Source: an uncultured Acidobacteriaceae bacterium
GTDB lineage: Bacteria > Acidobacteriota > Terriglobia > Terriglobales > Acidobacteriaceae
NCBI GenBank assembly: GCA_963752675.1
Contig: CAVVZO010000015.1
Coordinates: 564,906 to 628,905, forward strand
Direction: 5' to 3'
DNA: 64,000 nt
Part shown: positions 11,071 through 21,306 of the stretch, one piece after another
Numbering within the stretch: position 1 is the stretch's first letter
How the letters are laid out: each line of letters starts with the position of its first letter
The notes under the pieces: generated by a model
What the model saw: the letters and a program-made list of their open reading frames with translations, nothing else
What the model was told of the DNA's origin: nothing
The model's database searches: none
Made by a program: the position numbers and the translations under genes

Positions 11071-11249
11071 CCAAGCCACAAGCAGCCGCAAACCGAAGCC
11101 TCCACTCTCCCCTTTGTCCTAAGTCCCGTAGGGACGGGATCGCTGGCAACGCGACCGTTCGTTCCGCCCTTTACTTGCCAGGCAAGTCGCGCTCTTGGGA
11201 TGACAAAGGAGAGAGTGGTGGCTTTGGTTTTGCGGCTGCTTGTGCTTGG
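11071..11249. repeat. MITE-like palindromic element: ~50-bp inverted repeats around a ~77-bp centre
   Basis: The left arm is ccaagccacaagcagccgcaaaccgaagcctccactctcccctttgtcc (11071-11119). It matches the reverse complement of the right arm gggatgacaaaggagagagtggtggctttggttttgcggctgcttgtgcttgg (11197-11249). The centre holds two small hairpins, gtcccgtagggac and cttgccaggcaag. Confidence 0.75.
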
Positions 11250-11300
11250 AAGAGCAGCTCGCAATGTGGAGGCCTTTGCCTACCTGTAAACCCTGTGGGA

Positions 11301-13356
11301 TCAGGGTTGCAGGTAGGCGAGGTTATCGAACCGAAGTCTATCTCCATGGGTGAAGTCAAACAGTACCGCAGAACTTGGGTCACGCCAGCCGGTTCTCAGG
11401 CGGCGGAGCTCGCCGGGCTTGATCGTGAAAGCCATTTCACGCACCTCGGGTGAACGAACCGTCACCGTTGCATCCTGGTCTCCGTCGTTGTAAACATCGA
11501 TACCGGCGAAGATGCGCGGCGAAGCAAAGTCGAAGGCGGCCCGGTTCGTTTGCGCGTCCTGCCAGGGCAAGCGTGAAGGTGCCGAACTTTCCGTAGGGAG
11601 TGCCGATCTGCCAGTCGCCTGGTCTCCAATCGATGACACCCGAGGGATAGCCGCCTGCGAGGAGAGTCCCAGCGGCAAGGTGCGGATCATCAAAGGTGAT
11701 GTAAGAGGGGGCGGCCGCTCCGCTTTTACCCTGGATATCCACATCGCGGCCGGTGGTGTGCAGCAGCGTGAGGGTATGGGTCGCATCGTCGAAGGTGTAC
11801 CCCTCGACATCCAGATCTTTGCGGCGGGTGATCGCCTTTCCGCCCACAGATACCGTGGCCGGTACAAAATCCAGGCGGAGCACATCGGTCGATGCGGCAT
11901 CGAAGGTGCTGTATGTCACCGAGCCGGCGCCGTATGCGATTTTTGTGACCACGCTCTGCGAACCCAGCAGATGCGACTCGTCGGCAGGCGCCCAGGAGGG
12001 CACGGCCCAAAAGGCGTCCATCATCCGCCGAGGACCATCCGTGAACTCATCGGTAAACCACCACTGCGTGCTGAAAGGCGCGTGTGCGGCAGCAGACAGG
12101 CCCTGGAAGTAGGTCACCCAGTTGTAGGTGCGGTACGCTGCTTCCTTATACGCCACGTCCCCGGTCTTGGCGTAGTACAGCGCTTCCACCGCGGCCAGCC
12201 TGGAACTGTGACTGTCACAACATTCGTTAGGAGGATTGCAGCAGTATTCTGTGCCACCACTCCCCTGCTCGGTGGTCACGGTTGCGCCATGCACGATGTA
12301 CTTGGGCCACTTAGGCGTGGTCTTGACCCAATCGATCAGCTTGCGCGTGTGCTCCCGCCATTCCGGATCTTTCTCCGGGTGCAAAAGAACGTAACGGGCA
12401 AATTCGAGCGGAATCACCTGGTTCATGTTGTCCATCGAGCCAGGAACATCTTCAAAATAGCCGACCCAGACGTTGTTTTGCATGGGGTATTTCATGAGCC
12501 AGGCCCAGGCGCCTTCGCGCACACGCTGGTAGGCGGCGGTGTCGCCCTGGCCAAGACGCATCAGTTCGTCGAACAGCATGATCGGCTCGACTACGTTGGC
12601 GGAGTAGGGGAACATGCCCTTGCCGCCGGTCAGACTCCCGTCGCGCGCGAAGCAGCGGTAGGGCCAGGGTGAGATGTGTTCATCCCCTGGTTTGTAGTTT
12701 TTGACCAGGGCCTCGGCACAGCGGATGGCTGCTTGCAGGTATTTGGTGTCGCCGGTCATCTCGTAGAGGCGCAGGTAGGCGTAGCCGTCTTCTCCCACAA
12801 CGTGCGGCTCGATAAAATCTTCGCCGTGCTCGCTCCAACCGGTGTAGCGACGAGAGCCGGGGTTGGCCGAGGGGTACGGCACCTCCGACCAGGCATAACC
12901 CGCCGGAGTGAGCCCGTTGGCCAATTCGTAGTCCACCAGGTCCTGAAGGAATGCGACCGTACGCGGATCGCCTGTATACGGGTAAAGCCGCTCAACAAAA
13001 CCCTGCATCATGGCACGCAGATAGCCGGTGGAATTGGCCCAATGCCAATCAGGGAACATTTCGAAGGTGGTGCGGTCATAATCGAAACAGCAGAAGTACC
13101 AGGGAAGGCGCTGCCGATTGCGCTGATCCAGGAGGATGGTCCATTGCGAAAGGAAATAGCCGGCATACGAGTAGCCGGTGTCGTCTGCAATAGGAAACGG
13201 CAGCAGTTTGCCCTGCTTATCCAGAGCCACGGGCCGCCCGGCGATAGAAGGAGCATCGACCGTGGAAACGACTGGGAAGGGCTGCTGGCCGAAGCTGACG
13301 GCCGCGGAGCAAAGTATAACCACCGCAACAGTGGCCGATTTAATAGCTCGTGTCAT
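11301..13356 (-). pseudogene. Secreted helical (alpha/alpha-barrel-like) putative glycoside hydrolase or lyase of unassigned family, with one frameshift at 11565-11567
   Basis: Start ATG 13356 gives signal peptide MTRAIKSATVAVVILCSAAVSFGQQ. The body is a long Trp/Tyr-rich helical domain (YAYLRLYEMTGDTKYLQAAIRCAEALV...AVEALYYAKTGDVAYKEAAYRTYNWV). The last ~85 aa continue in the +1 frame (ORF 11301-11900: QDAQTNRAAFDFASPRIFAGIDVYNDG...). The function is inferred from composition and context only. Confidence 0.55.
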
Positions 13357-14284
13357 AGCGCACCACCAGGATGGTTGAGATAAGAACAATGGCTGCCCCG
13401 CCCAAAGCCGCAGGGTTCAAGCGCTCTCCTAACAAGACTGCTGCCAGCAATACGCCACCCACAGGCACGAGGTAGAGAGAGGTGGACGCGGTCGTCACGT
13501 CGAGATGCTGAAGGGCCTTGAAGAAAAGCAGCATGGAAGCGCCATACATGAAGAACGCAAGGAAAAGAAATGCGGCCCAGCTTTTGCCGTCGAAGTTGAG
13601 GAAGCTGCGCCAGTGGAAGGGTTCCGCCCAGATCAAGAGAGGGATACTGGCTACCGAGGCGGTTACATAGCTGTAGATCAGGATCTCGACCTCCTGATAT
13701 TTCTTCATCAGGCCCTTGCAGAAAACGTTGTAAAAGGCGGACCCAAAGCAGCCGGTGAAGATGAGCAGGTTTCCGGAGAGATACTTCATGGAGCTGAAGG
13801 AAGCCTGGCGTAGATCGCCCACCGAGAGGAACGCTACGCCGACCAGCCCAATCGCGAGAGAGGCAATTCTTAGTGGTGTTAGCCGCTCCCGCAGCATGAA
13901 GGATGCGAGTACGGCGCTGATGACGGGGATGAGCAGGTTGAGGATGGCCCCATTCGACGCCAGCGACTTGCTTATGCCCCATGTCATGCCGAGTTGAGCA
14001 AGCATCTGACCGGCGATACCGGCGATGGCGAAGCGAACCCAATCGCGCGAGGAGGGAGTCACCGAATCCGGGTTCTGCCGCCGCAAACGTAGCAGCAGCG
14101 GCACGAACAGCAGTGTGGTCACATAGAAGGGCAGGAAAGTGATGGCGATGGGGCCAAGATGGGGGTCAAGAACCTTGACCGCGATTCCCTGCCCTGACCA
14201 GATAAGGGACGCCAGCGCCATCAAGAGGAAGTAGAAGAGCGTGACCCGTACGCCTGATTTCGCTGTAGGGGCGTTCACGCTCAT
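13340..14284 (-). CDS. DMT-superfamily (EamA) transporter
   Basis: 314 aa with about 10 TM segments in two EamA-like halves. It overlaps the kinase gene upstream by 4 nt and the hydrolase-like gene downstream by 17 nt. Confidence 0.85.
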   Translation of the reverse strand: MSVNAPTAKSGVRVTLFYFLLMALASLIWSGQGIAVKVLDPHLGPIAITFLPFYVTTLLFVPLLLRLRRQNPDSVTPSSRDWVRFAIAGIAGQMLAQLGMTWGISKSLASNGAILNLLIPVISAVLASFMLRERLTPLRIASLAIGLVGVAFLSVGDLRQASFSSMKYLSGNLLIFTGCFGSAFYNVFCKGLMKKYQEVEILIYSYVTASVASIPLLIWAEPFHWRSFLNFDGKSWAAFLFLAFFMYGASMLLFFKALQHLDVTTASTSLYLVPVGGVLLAAVLLGERLNPAALGGAAIVLISTILVVRYDTSY

Positions 14285-15687
14285 ACCGTAGCCTGCATCG
14301 TGCGAATACCAAACCGATCAGCGCCGATGGAACTTCCCTCGAACACGTAGGGATCAAAATCGCGGAGCTCTCCGTAAGCGGCCACTACCTTCTGGAACGC
14401 CTCTTTGCCCTGGGCTGAACCCAGCACTGCTACGGTGCCGCCGGCACCGCCGCCAGTGATCTTTGCGCCGAATAACTGGCCATCACCCGCGTGCTGCCGA
14501 ACGAGATCGACGATCTGATCGGTAGCCTCTGCGCCCAGCCCACATTGGGTGTAGGACCAATGAGACTGGTACATCAATTCGCCCATCTGGTGGAACGCGG
14601 CGGTGGATGGCGAATGCGAGGCACCGCGAGCCAGCTCGATGAAAAGCTCGATCCGCTGGTTCTCTTCCACGGCATAGCGGGTGCAATCGCGCACCCGATA
14701 CTTCACATCCGCGCGAACGGTTGTGAACGGATCAGGATGAACCGCTCCATGCGCCAGGATGTCGGCACCTGACATCCACTCCGGCAAACGCCGTTCGTAT
14801 TTCGATCGAAACAGCGACGGTACCAGGTTCGAGAGAAAACCATTCCAGCGCGGGTCGCTGTAGCGGGGGATGGCTCCGCTTACATCTTTCCGAATGGGCA
14901 GATTCTCCCACTCGCAGATCAAGCGGTAGCCGATGAATGCAGCAGCCCTGGCCGCTTCATACTCGATGCCTGTGACCGCATGGCGCACGCCGGAGTCGAT
15001 AGCCCAGCACTGCAGACCTTCCGGCAACTTCACCAGCGGGCGCAGTTCACACGGCTGACACAGCAGCGGCAATACGTAACCTTCATCGCCGAGAACCGAG
15101 GCCGCCTGATCCATGATGCCGCAGGCCGATTCCGCAATCACGTTCTCCACCCACTGGCATGCTTCCGCCAACTCGACACCCTCCATGGATATGCCGTAGC
15201 AGGCTGCAGCCGCCTTCATCACGGCCACTTCCACAGCAGCCGATGAGCTCACCCCTTTATTGCAGGGCACTTCGGATTGGATGTAGATGGATGCACCGGA
15301 TTGCACCTGGCCGGGGTATCGCTGGCGGAGAAGGAGAAATGCCCCCAACACGTAGGCCGTCCAGCGTATCTCAGCGCGCACGTTGACCAGTTGTCTTACC
15401 GCGTGTTCGTCGGTGAGCTGGGGAAATTCAAAGGTGACCTGTGGCGACCAGCCTTCCTCGCTCATCTGCGGATTGAGGAAGCTGATTTTCTGATCGGCTC
15501 GCTTCTGTGCCGCCGCCCAGGTGGCTTCACGAATAGTGCTCTCGAACACCAGGCCACCGGTGTAGTCGACATTGCCGCCCATCAGATCAAGCCGGCCGGG
15601 CGCACGGCTGATGAACACGGGAGCTTTCGGTGAGAAGTACTTCTCCTCTCCCCGGATAGCAGCGATCGCTGACTCAAATGCGCTCAC
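14281..15687 (-). CDS. GHMP-family sugar kinase (galactokinase / L-arabinokinase-like)
   Basis: SRAPGRLDLMGGNVDYTGGLVFE is a galactokinase-type signature. PCNKGVSSSAAVEVAV is GHMP motif II. KITGGGAGGTVAVLG is motif III. Confidence 0.8.
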   Translation of the reverse strand: MSAFESAIAAIRGEEKYFSPKAPVFISRAPGRLDLMGGNVDYTGGLVFESTIREATWAAAQKRADQKISFLNPQMSEEGWSPQVTFEFPQLTDEHAVRQLVNVRAEIRWTAYVLGAFLLLRQRYPGQVQSGASIYIQSEVPCNKGVSSSAAVEVAVMKAAAACYGISMEGVELAEACQWVENVIAESACGIMDQAASVLGDEGYVLPLLCQPCELRPLVKLPEGLQCWAIDSGVRHAVTGIEYEAARAAAFIGYRLICEWENLPIRKDVSGAIPRYSDPRWNGFLSNLVPSLFRSKYERRLPEWMSGADILAHGAVHPDPFTTVRADVKYRVRDCTRYAVEENQRIELFIELARGASHSPSTAAFHQMGELMYQSHWSYTQCGLGAEATDQIVDLVRQHAGDGQLFGAKITGGGAGGTVAVLGSAQGKEAFQKVVAAYGELRDFDPYVFEGSSIGADRFGIRTMQATV

Positions 15688-16934
15688 GCAGTTTCTCTGG
15701 CTGCCAGCTCGCCAGCCGCAGCGCCCGAGCCCGCCACCGCCTGAGACGCAACCTCATGAATGCTGTCGATCACGTATTGCACCACATCATTAGACAAGCG
15801 TGGATGGATCGGAAGGCTCACATACTTATGGAACAGCGCTTCCGCTACCGGGCACTCTCCCGGTTGGTGGCCCAGCTTGCGATACACGCTGGTCAGGTGA
15901 ATCGGCATGTAGTGCGACCAGGTCTTGATCTGTTTACCCGTGTAGAGCTCCCACATGAAATCCTCCTTGTTGAGCGAGAAGGACGATTCCAGTAGCAAGC
16001 AGTAGATGTGAAACACATGCTTATTGTGCGGGGCCACGAACGGGAGCGTTAACCCGGGAATGCCGCTTAGACCCTGGGTGTACATCCCGGCAATCTCAAT
16101 GCGGCGCGCATTGAGCTGGTCGAGCTTTTTCAGTTGCACCAGCCCGACGGCAGCCTGCACATCAGTCATGCGGTAGTTGAAACCGATCTCTTCGAAATCA
16201 AGGTACCAATAGCGTTTGCCCATGGGATGGATGGATTCATCCAGTGGCAGATACTTGCCTTTGGGATCGTAGGTCAGGCAGCAGAGTGAACGATGCGACA
16301 GCATGCTTTCGTATAGCGACTTGTCGCTGGTGGTAATGAGGCCACCTTCCCCAAGAGTGACCATGTTCTTCTGTTGATGGAAGCTGAACACCGCCATATC
16401 GCCCAGCGAGCCGGCTTTGCGCCCCTTGTACTCTGCTCCGGCTGCGTGGGCAGCATCTTCGATCACCTTGATGTTGCGAGGCCTCGCCAGATCGTTGAGA
16501 GCATCCATGTCACTGCATTGTCCGTAGAGATGGACAGGCATGATGGCTTTCGTACGCGGCGTGATCTTCTTCTCGACAGAGGCTGGGTCGAGGTTGAGCG
16601 TGCGTGCATCTACATCCGCAAACACGACGGTTGCGCCCAGAACAGCGGCCGCATTCGCTGTGGAGATCCAGCTGATGGGTGTGGTGATGACCTCATCACC
16701 AGGGCCGACCCCGGCGGCGATCATGGCCAATTGCAGGCCGGTTGTTCCCGAGGAGACAGCGAGGCCGTAGGTTGCTCCGCAATACTTCGCGAACGCTTCT
16801 TCAAACGCCTTCACTGCTGGGCCGCAGGAGGGGGCGCCGGCACGCATCACTTCCAGCACGGCTTCCTGTTCTTCTTTGCCGTACGTGGAGCCATGGCCGA
16901 ACTCCAGCTCATGGATAGCCTTGGGTAAGTTCAT
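15684..16934 (-). CDS. DegT/DnrJ/EryC1/StrS-family PLP-dependent aminotransferase
   Basis: GLAVSSGTTGLQLA...GDEVITTPISWISTANA...VIEDAAHAAGA...AVFSFHQQKNM, which includes the PLP lysine context. Start ATG 16934 overlaps the SDR gene stop as ATGA. Confidence 0.85.
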   Translation of the reverse strand: MNLPKAIHELEFGHGSTYGKEEQEAVLEVMRAGAPSCGPAVKAFEEAFAKYCGATYGLAVSSGTTGLQLAMIAAGVGPGDEVITTPISWISTANAAAVLGATVVFADVDARTLNLDPASVEKKITPRTKAIMPVHLYGQCSDMDALNDLARPRNIKVIEDAAHAAGAEYKGRKAGSLGDMAVFSFHQQKNMVTLGEGGLITTSDKSLYESMLSHRSLCCLTYDPKGKYLPLDESIHPMGKRYWYLDFEEIGFNYRMTDVQAAVGLVQLKKLDQLNARRIEIAGMYTQGLSGIPGLTLPFVAPHNKHVFHIYCLLLESSFSLNKEDFMWELYTGKQIKTWSHYMPIHLTSVYRKLGHQPGECPVAEALFHKYVSLPIHPRLSNDVVQYVIDSIHEVASQAVAGSGAAAGELAARETA

Positions 16935-17809
16935 GCAAAGCACCTTTCGATCACCTGATCACAGGATTCGAATTCGAGATCGTAGAGTTTTTGGATCTTG
17001 TCAGTCAGCAGAAAGTGGTCTTCACCGCGTGGAGCGCGGCCGGGTATGGGATCGTCTTTGGGTTGGACCAGGTCGGTCGACACATTCACCCGTCGTGCCA
17101 GGCGACAGCCCAGTTCGTAGCGAGAGACGCTGTCAGAAGCACCCGCGTGATACAGCCCGACAGCTTGTGGATCAGCCAACAGGCGCAGCATCAAGCTGCT
17201 CAGGCAGGCGGCATGGAGCGGATTCCGCTTTTCTGTGGTCGAAAGGTAGAGCGTCTCTCCTGCTTTTAATTTCGCGACCATGCTCTCCACCATGCCCGGA
17301 GCGGAAGAGATCCTCGATCGGCCAAGAACGAGGGCGAAACGGATGATGCAGGCGGAAGGCACCAGCGCCTTGACTGCCAGCTCGGCCCACACTTTTGTTC
17401 TGCCATACACGCTAACCGGGCTCACCGGGTCTTCTTCCCCATAGCCGTGCTGTTTGCCATCGAACACGGCTGCGGTGGAGGTAAACAGCAGGCGAGCGTT
17501 TGCGCGGGCACATGCGTTGGCGACATGTTCCGCTCCGCGTGCATTGATGGCGAACGCCTCAGCCGGCGCCCGCTCGCACCGATCGATATCGGCTATGGCC
17601 GAAAGCAGCAGCACCAGGTCCGGCCGCTGCTCGCTGAACACGCGATCGACGCTTGACGCGTCTGCGATGTCAATCGCTACACTGCCCGTGGCATTGGTGT
17701 TGCGGCTTCCGCAAACCAGATCATACATATCCGCAGTGGTTGCACTCTCGGCTGCGTACCTGCCGAGAAAGCCACCCGCTCCAAGAATGAAAATCCTTTG
17801 CTTCTGCAC
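16931..17809 (-). CDS. NAD(P)-dependent SDR, RmlD-like sugar reductase or epimerase
   Basis: GTG start preceded by GGAG. Rossmann motif RIFILGAGGFLGRY. The overall length and pattern fit dTDP-4-dehydrorhamnose-reductase-like proteins. Confidence 0.7.
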   Translation of the reverse strand: MQKQRIFILGAGGFLGRYAAESATTADMYDLVCGSRNTNATGSVAIDIADASSVDRVFSEQRPDLVLLLSAIADIDRCERAPAEAFAINARGAEHVANACARANARLLFTSTAAVFDGKQHGYGEEDPVSPVSVYGRTKVWAELAVKALVPSACIIRFALVLGRSRISSAPGMVESMVAKLKAGETLYLSTTEKRNPLHAACLSSLMLRLLADPQAVGLYHAGASDSVSRYELGCRLARRVNVSTDLVQPKDDPIPGRAPRGEDHFLLTDKIQKLYDLEFESCDQVIERCFA

Positions 17810-17858
17810 CCGTAACTCCGTACCGATGACCGTTGTAAATCTCAGTGAATGGCTTGTG

Positions 17859-17904
17859 AAAAAAAACAGAGACGGCCCGGTCCCGAGCGGTCGCGCCGTC
17901 TCTG
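17859..17904 (-). terminator. Rho-independent terminator immediately after the TonB-dependent receptor gene
   Basis: On the minus strand the sequence is cagagacggc-(18 nt loop)-gccgtctctg followed by TTTTTTTT. The hairpin starts 5 nt after the TAA stop at 17910-17912. Confidence 0.8.
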
Positions 17905-17909
17905 CCGGC

Positions 17910-20900
17910 TTAGAAGGAATATCTAAGCGCGACCTGGAGCCGCCGGTTGTCGATGGCAGTCGAAGAGACTTGCCCTTCTGCTGAGTCTCCCACCACGTTA
18001 TCCGGAGCGGCGAAGTTGGGATGATTGAAGGTGTTGAACACGTCCGTACGGAACAACACCTGCTGGCGTTCAGTCAGATGAAAGGTCTTGGAGAGCGACG
18101 AATCCAGCTGCTGCTCCCCATCGGCGTGCAACGGATTCACGCCGGATGTGCCGTAAGTCATGGGCGTGGTGTGAATGACAAACGCGTTGGTGTCAAACCA
18201 TTTGGAAACTGTTGGGTTGTTGATCTTGCCATTGCCCACCCGATCCGGGCGATTGGTCTGGCCGTTGTTGAGCGAGGTCGAGTCATTGGCGATGACGTCG
18301 AAGCGCGTGCCGCTACGGACGTGGATCAGGGAAGAATATTGCCAGCCCCCGAGCAAGGCATCGACCACGCGGTTTGCATTGCCCAGGAAGCGCTGCCCGC
18401 GGCCAAACGGAAGATCCTGCCGCAGCTGCGCATTGAAGATGTGAGCAATGTCCTGCTGGGTGGGGCCGTAGTACTGGTTGATATTGGCTGGATCCAGGTT
18501 GTAGCCGTTGGCGAAATTACGCCCGTGAGCGTAACCGGCGTTGATGAATGTGGACTTGCGAATGTTGCCCGCAAAGCGGACGGTCAGCGCGTCATACCAG
18601 GTGCCGGCGATGGATCGGGAGATGGGAATATCGCCGAGTTGAGGGTATTCGTTGATCAGAGGACGCTCGGCGTTGTAGTCGGTCCCCGGCGCGGTGGGTG
18701 GGGCCTGGTTGATGTTGATCGAATGTAGATTGTGCAGTCCGCGGACGTTGAGATAGCCGACATCGACAATCATGCCCGGGCGAATCTCGCGCTCAATGTT
18801 GAGCGTGGCCTGATCAACCCGTTGATTGCGCCAGCCGTACTCCACGCCGCGTATCAGCGCGTTGGCGGGGATCACCAGCTTTCCTGAGTTGTCGTACTCC
18901 GCATTCGCCAGGGGTAAGCCATCGCGGGAGAGCTGGAGAGTGGGGGACAAACTGTTCGGGGTCAACAAAGCCTGCTTTGCGTAGTTGGGGTAGGTCAGGC
19001 CTTCAATGGTCAGAGGGCCGGCCCAGTAGGCCATCCAGTAAGAAATACCGTAGCCGCTACGAATGCTCGTCTTGCCGTGGTCCGGACTCCAGGCGAAGCC
19101 AACGCGGGGTCCCCAGTCGCTGGTATCAAGACCCAGAGCCGGGCTGCGATTGCTGGAGCTGGCGACCACCAACTGGTTGGTGCGCGTATCCCAATTGGAC
19201 TGGCGGTTGTGGCGTTCGATAGGCCGGCTGGTGAGGTCGTATCGCAGGCCGAGGTTCAGGGTAAGCGAGGGCAGGATCTTGAAGTCATCCTGGGCGTACC
19301 AGGCGTTCTGCCAATAGGTCTGGTAGGGCGCACCGGCAGTGAAATGGGCGCGGGCACTGGAGGTCATCGTACCCAGCAGGAAGCTGGGATACGCAATGGG
19401 CTGCACGGCCAGGGCACTGGAGGGATCGCCGCCGCCGTTGTAGCCAACACCGTCGTATGAGGTCATCGCCTCGCTGAAGGTGAGGCTGCCGCGCGGATCG
19501 TCGCCGCCAATTACATCGGCGGAAACATCCACCACGTAGTTGATGTTAGTGCCAGCCTTGATCAGGTGTTTGCCTCTTGTCCAACTGAAGTTATCAGCCA
19601 CCGAAACTGTATTGCTGACAATGTAGCCGACCCAGTCGGGTTCGTTGATAGCCGGCACGCCAGGCATGTAGAACTCAGCCAATCCCTTTGTGGAGGGATC
19701 GTTCGCCAGGTTGCCATTGGGGATGCCGAAGGTGTTGTTCCAGGCTTCAGACAGGCCTTTGGTACTGGTGCGCACGTTGGAGCGATTGAAGGCCAGGCGA
19801 AACTCGTTCATCTTAGTGACGCCGAAATTGTGAAAGTCAGAAAACAGCATGTTCTGGTTCAGAGTTTTCGAGTCGGCATTGCCGCTTTGAAAAAACAGGT
19901 TTACGTTCGTGGTGTTGTCGTTGACTGCATCGAGTACCGTGTAGCGAAAGAAAATACGATCGACACTGGTGGGGTTGTAGTCCAGCCGCGCATCGGCCTG
20001 GTGCGCTGATTGATGGTTGTTGTACAGGTATTGAAGGTTCTGGCTGATCCCGGGCAGGTTGGCAACGCCGAAGATCTTGGCCGAGTTCATCAAGGTCGAC
20101 GAACTGTCCCAACGGCTTTGCGGAATGATGTTGCCGGCGAATGGGGTGGCGCCGATTACATTGCCGTTGCTATCGACCGCGCGAGTGTTGGGATCGTAAA
20201 CCTGCCCATAGGTATTGCCGGCGTCATCGACTTGCCCTGGCACGTATAGCTCAGAGAAATCCCCGGTGAGCATCCTGGAAGTGGGTGCGGTGGTGAATGC
20301 GGGAGAACTGCTGTACAGCAGCGACCCCTGGTAATCCGCAAAAAAGAACAGCTTGTCTTTCAGGATGGGACCACCAATCGCGCCCCCGAATTGGTTCTTG
20401 CGAAACGGAGTTTTCGGCACGCCCACGGCGAAGTAATTGAGCGCATCAGTCGCTTCGTTACGCAGAAACTCAAAAGCCGCACCATGAAATTGATTGCTGC
20501 CGGAACGGGTGGTGATGTTCACCACGGCGCTGCCGGAAAACCCGAACTCGGCGTTGTATTTGCCGGTGTAGACTTCGACTTCCTGCACGCCTTCAATGGG
20601 CGGCGTTACGCTGATGTATGCGTTCTGCGGCTCACGATTGGGCACCCCATCGACGTACACGGAATTGGCATTCGAATCCACCCCACCGATCGAAGCCAGT
20701 TGCGGACGCGTTTGACCGACCGCAGAGCCATTCTCCCCGCCGTTGGTCCCGTAGTTGCCGCTGCCTACTTCGTTGTTTGCGCCCGGTATCAGGTTCATCT
20801 GATAAAGCGGATTTCTGTCCAGGTTGGGCAGCGCATCCAGTTCCTGGTGAGAAAACGTCTGCGATAGCTCTGAGCTTTCGGTCGCCACGTTGATGGTATT

Positions 20901-21266
20901 GGCTTGTACTTCGACCGTCTGTCCGGTGTCGCCGACGAGCAGTGTGAAATCCACGCGGTTGGTGCCGCCGGCATCGACGACGACATTGGTCCGCACGGCC
21001 TTTTGAAACCCTTGCTTTTCTACATCGACGTGGTACGTGCCGGGTACCAGGAAGTTAATCAGGTATTCCCCATTGTCGAGGGTTGTGGTCTGGGTCACTA
21101 CGCCGGTGCCATCATTTGTCGCAGTAACGGGCACGTTGGTGATGACAGCGCCGCTTGAGTCGGTGACGAATCCCGACATCTTGCCGGTGTTGATCTGTGC
21201 TAAACAGAGAGGGGAGCCCACTAGAAGTACTATTGCGCACAACAGGCCGTGACGTTGCATAGACAC
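17910..21266 (-). CDS. TonB-dependent receptor with an N-terminal carboxypeptidase-regulatory-like domain
   Basis: Signal peptide MSMQRHGLLCAIVLLVGSPLCLAQ. CarboxypepD_reg-like segment SGFVTDSSGAVITNVPVTATN...GEYLINFLVPGTYHV. The 1118-aa beta-rich body ends in the OMP-type terminus LQVALRYSF. Confidence 0.85.
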   Translation of the reverse strand: MSMQRHGLLCAIVLLVGSPLCLAQINTGKMSGFVTDSSGAVITNVPVTATNDGTGVVTQTTTLDNGEYLINFLVPGTYHVDVEKQGFQKAVRTNVVVDAGGTNRVDFTLLVGDTGQTVEVQANTINVATESSELSQTFSHQELDALPNLDRNPLYQMNLIPGANNEVGSGNYGTNGGENGSAVGQTRPQLASIGGVDSNANSVYVDGVPNREPQNAYISVTPPIEGVQEVEVYTGKYNAEFGFSGSAVVNITTRSGSNQFHGAAFEFLRNEATDALNYFAVGVPKTPFRKNQFGGAIGGPILKDKLFFFADYQGSLLYSSSPAFTTAPTSRMLTGDFSELYVPGQVDDAGNTYGQVYDPNTRAVDSNGNVIGATPFAGNIIPQSRWDSSSTLMNSAKIFGVANLPGISQNLQYLYNNHQSAHQADARLDYNPTSVDRIFFRYTVLDAVNDNTTNVNLFFQSGNADSKTLNQNMLFSDFHNFGVTKMNEFRLAFNRSNVRTSTKGLSEAWNNTFGIPNGNLANDPSTKGLAEFYMPGVPAINEPDWVGYIVSNTVSVADNFSWTRGKHLIKAGTNINYVVDVSADVIGGDDPRGSLTFSEAMTSYDGVGYNGGGDPSSALAVQPIAYPSFLLGTMTSSARAHFTAGAPYQTYWQNAWYAQDDFKILPSLTLNLGLRYDLTSRPIERHNRQSNWDTRTNQLVVASSSNRSPALGLDTSDWGPRVGFAWSPDHGKTSIRSGYGISYWMAYWAGPLTIEGLTYPNYAKQALLTPNSLSPTLQLSRDGLPLANAEYDNSGKLVIPANALIRGVEYGWRNQRVDQATLNIEREIRPGMIVDVGYLNVRGLHNLHSININQAPPTAPGTDYNAERPLINEYPQLGDIPISRSIAGTWYDALTVRFAGNIRKSTFINAGYAHGRNFANGYNLDPANINQYYGPTQQDIAHIFNAQLRQDLPFGRGQRFLGNANRVVDALLGGWQYSSLIHVRSGTRFDVIANDSTSLNNGQTNRPDRVGNGKINNPTVSKWFDTNAFVIHTTPMTYGTSGVNPLHADGEQQLDSSLSKTFHLTERQQVLFRTDVFNTFNHPNFAAPDNVVGDSAEGQVSSTAIDNRRLQVALRYSF

Positions 21267-21306
21267 AGTCCTCCTGAATTTTCTGCGGACACCTTCTCGG
21301 GGTGGG

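Noticed and set aside
11512-12672. A 386-aa plus-strand ORF, and similar long antisense ORFs at 2885-3709, 18021-18728, 8156-8941 and 35099-35743.
   Set aside because: All overlap better-supported genes on the opposite strand. They show the Arg/Gly/Ala-rich composition expected from GC-rich antisense frames.
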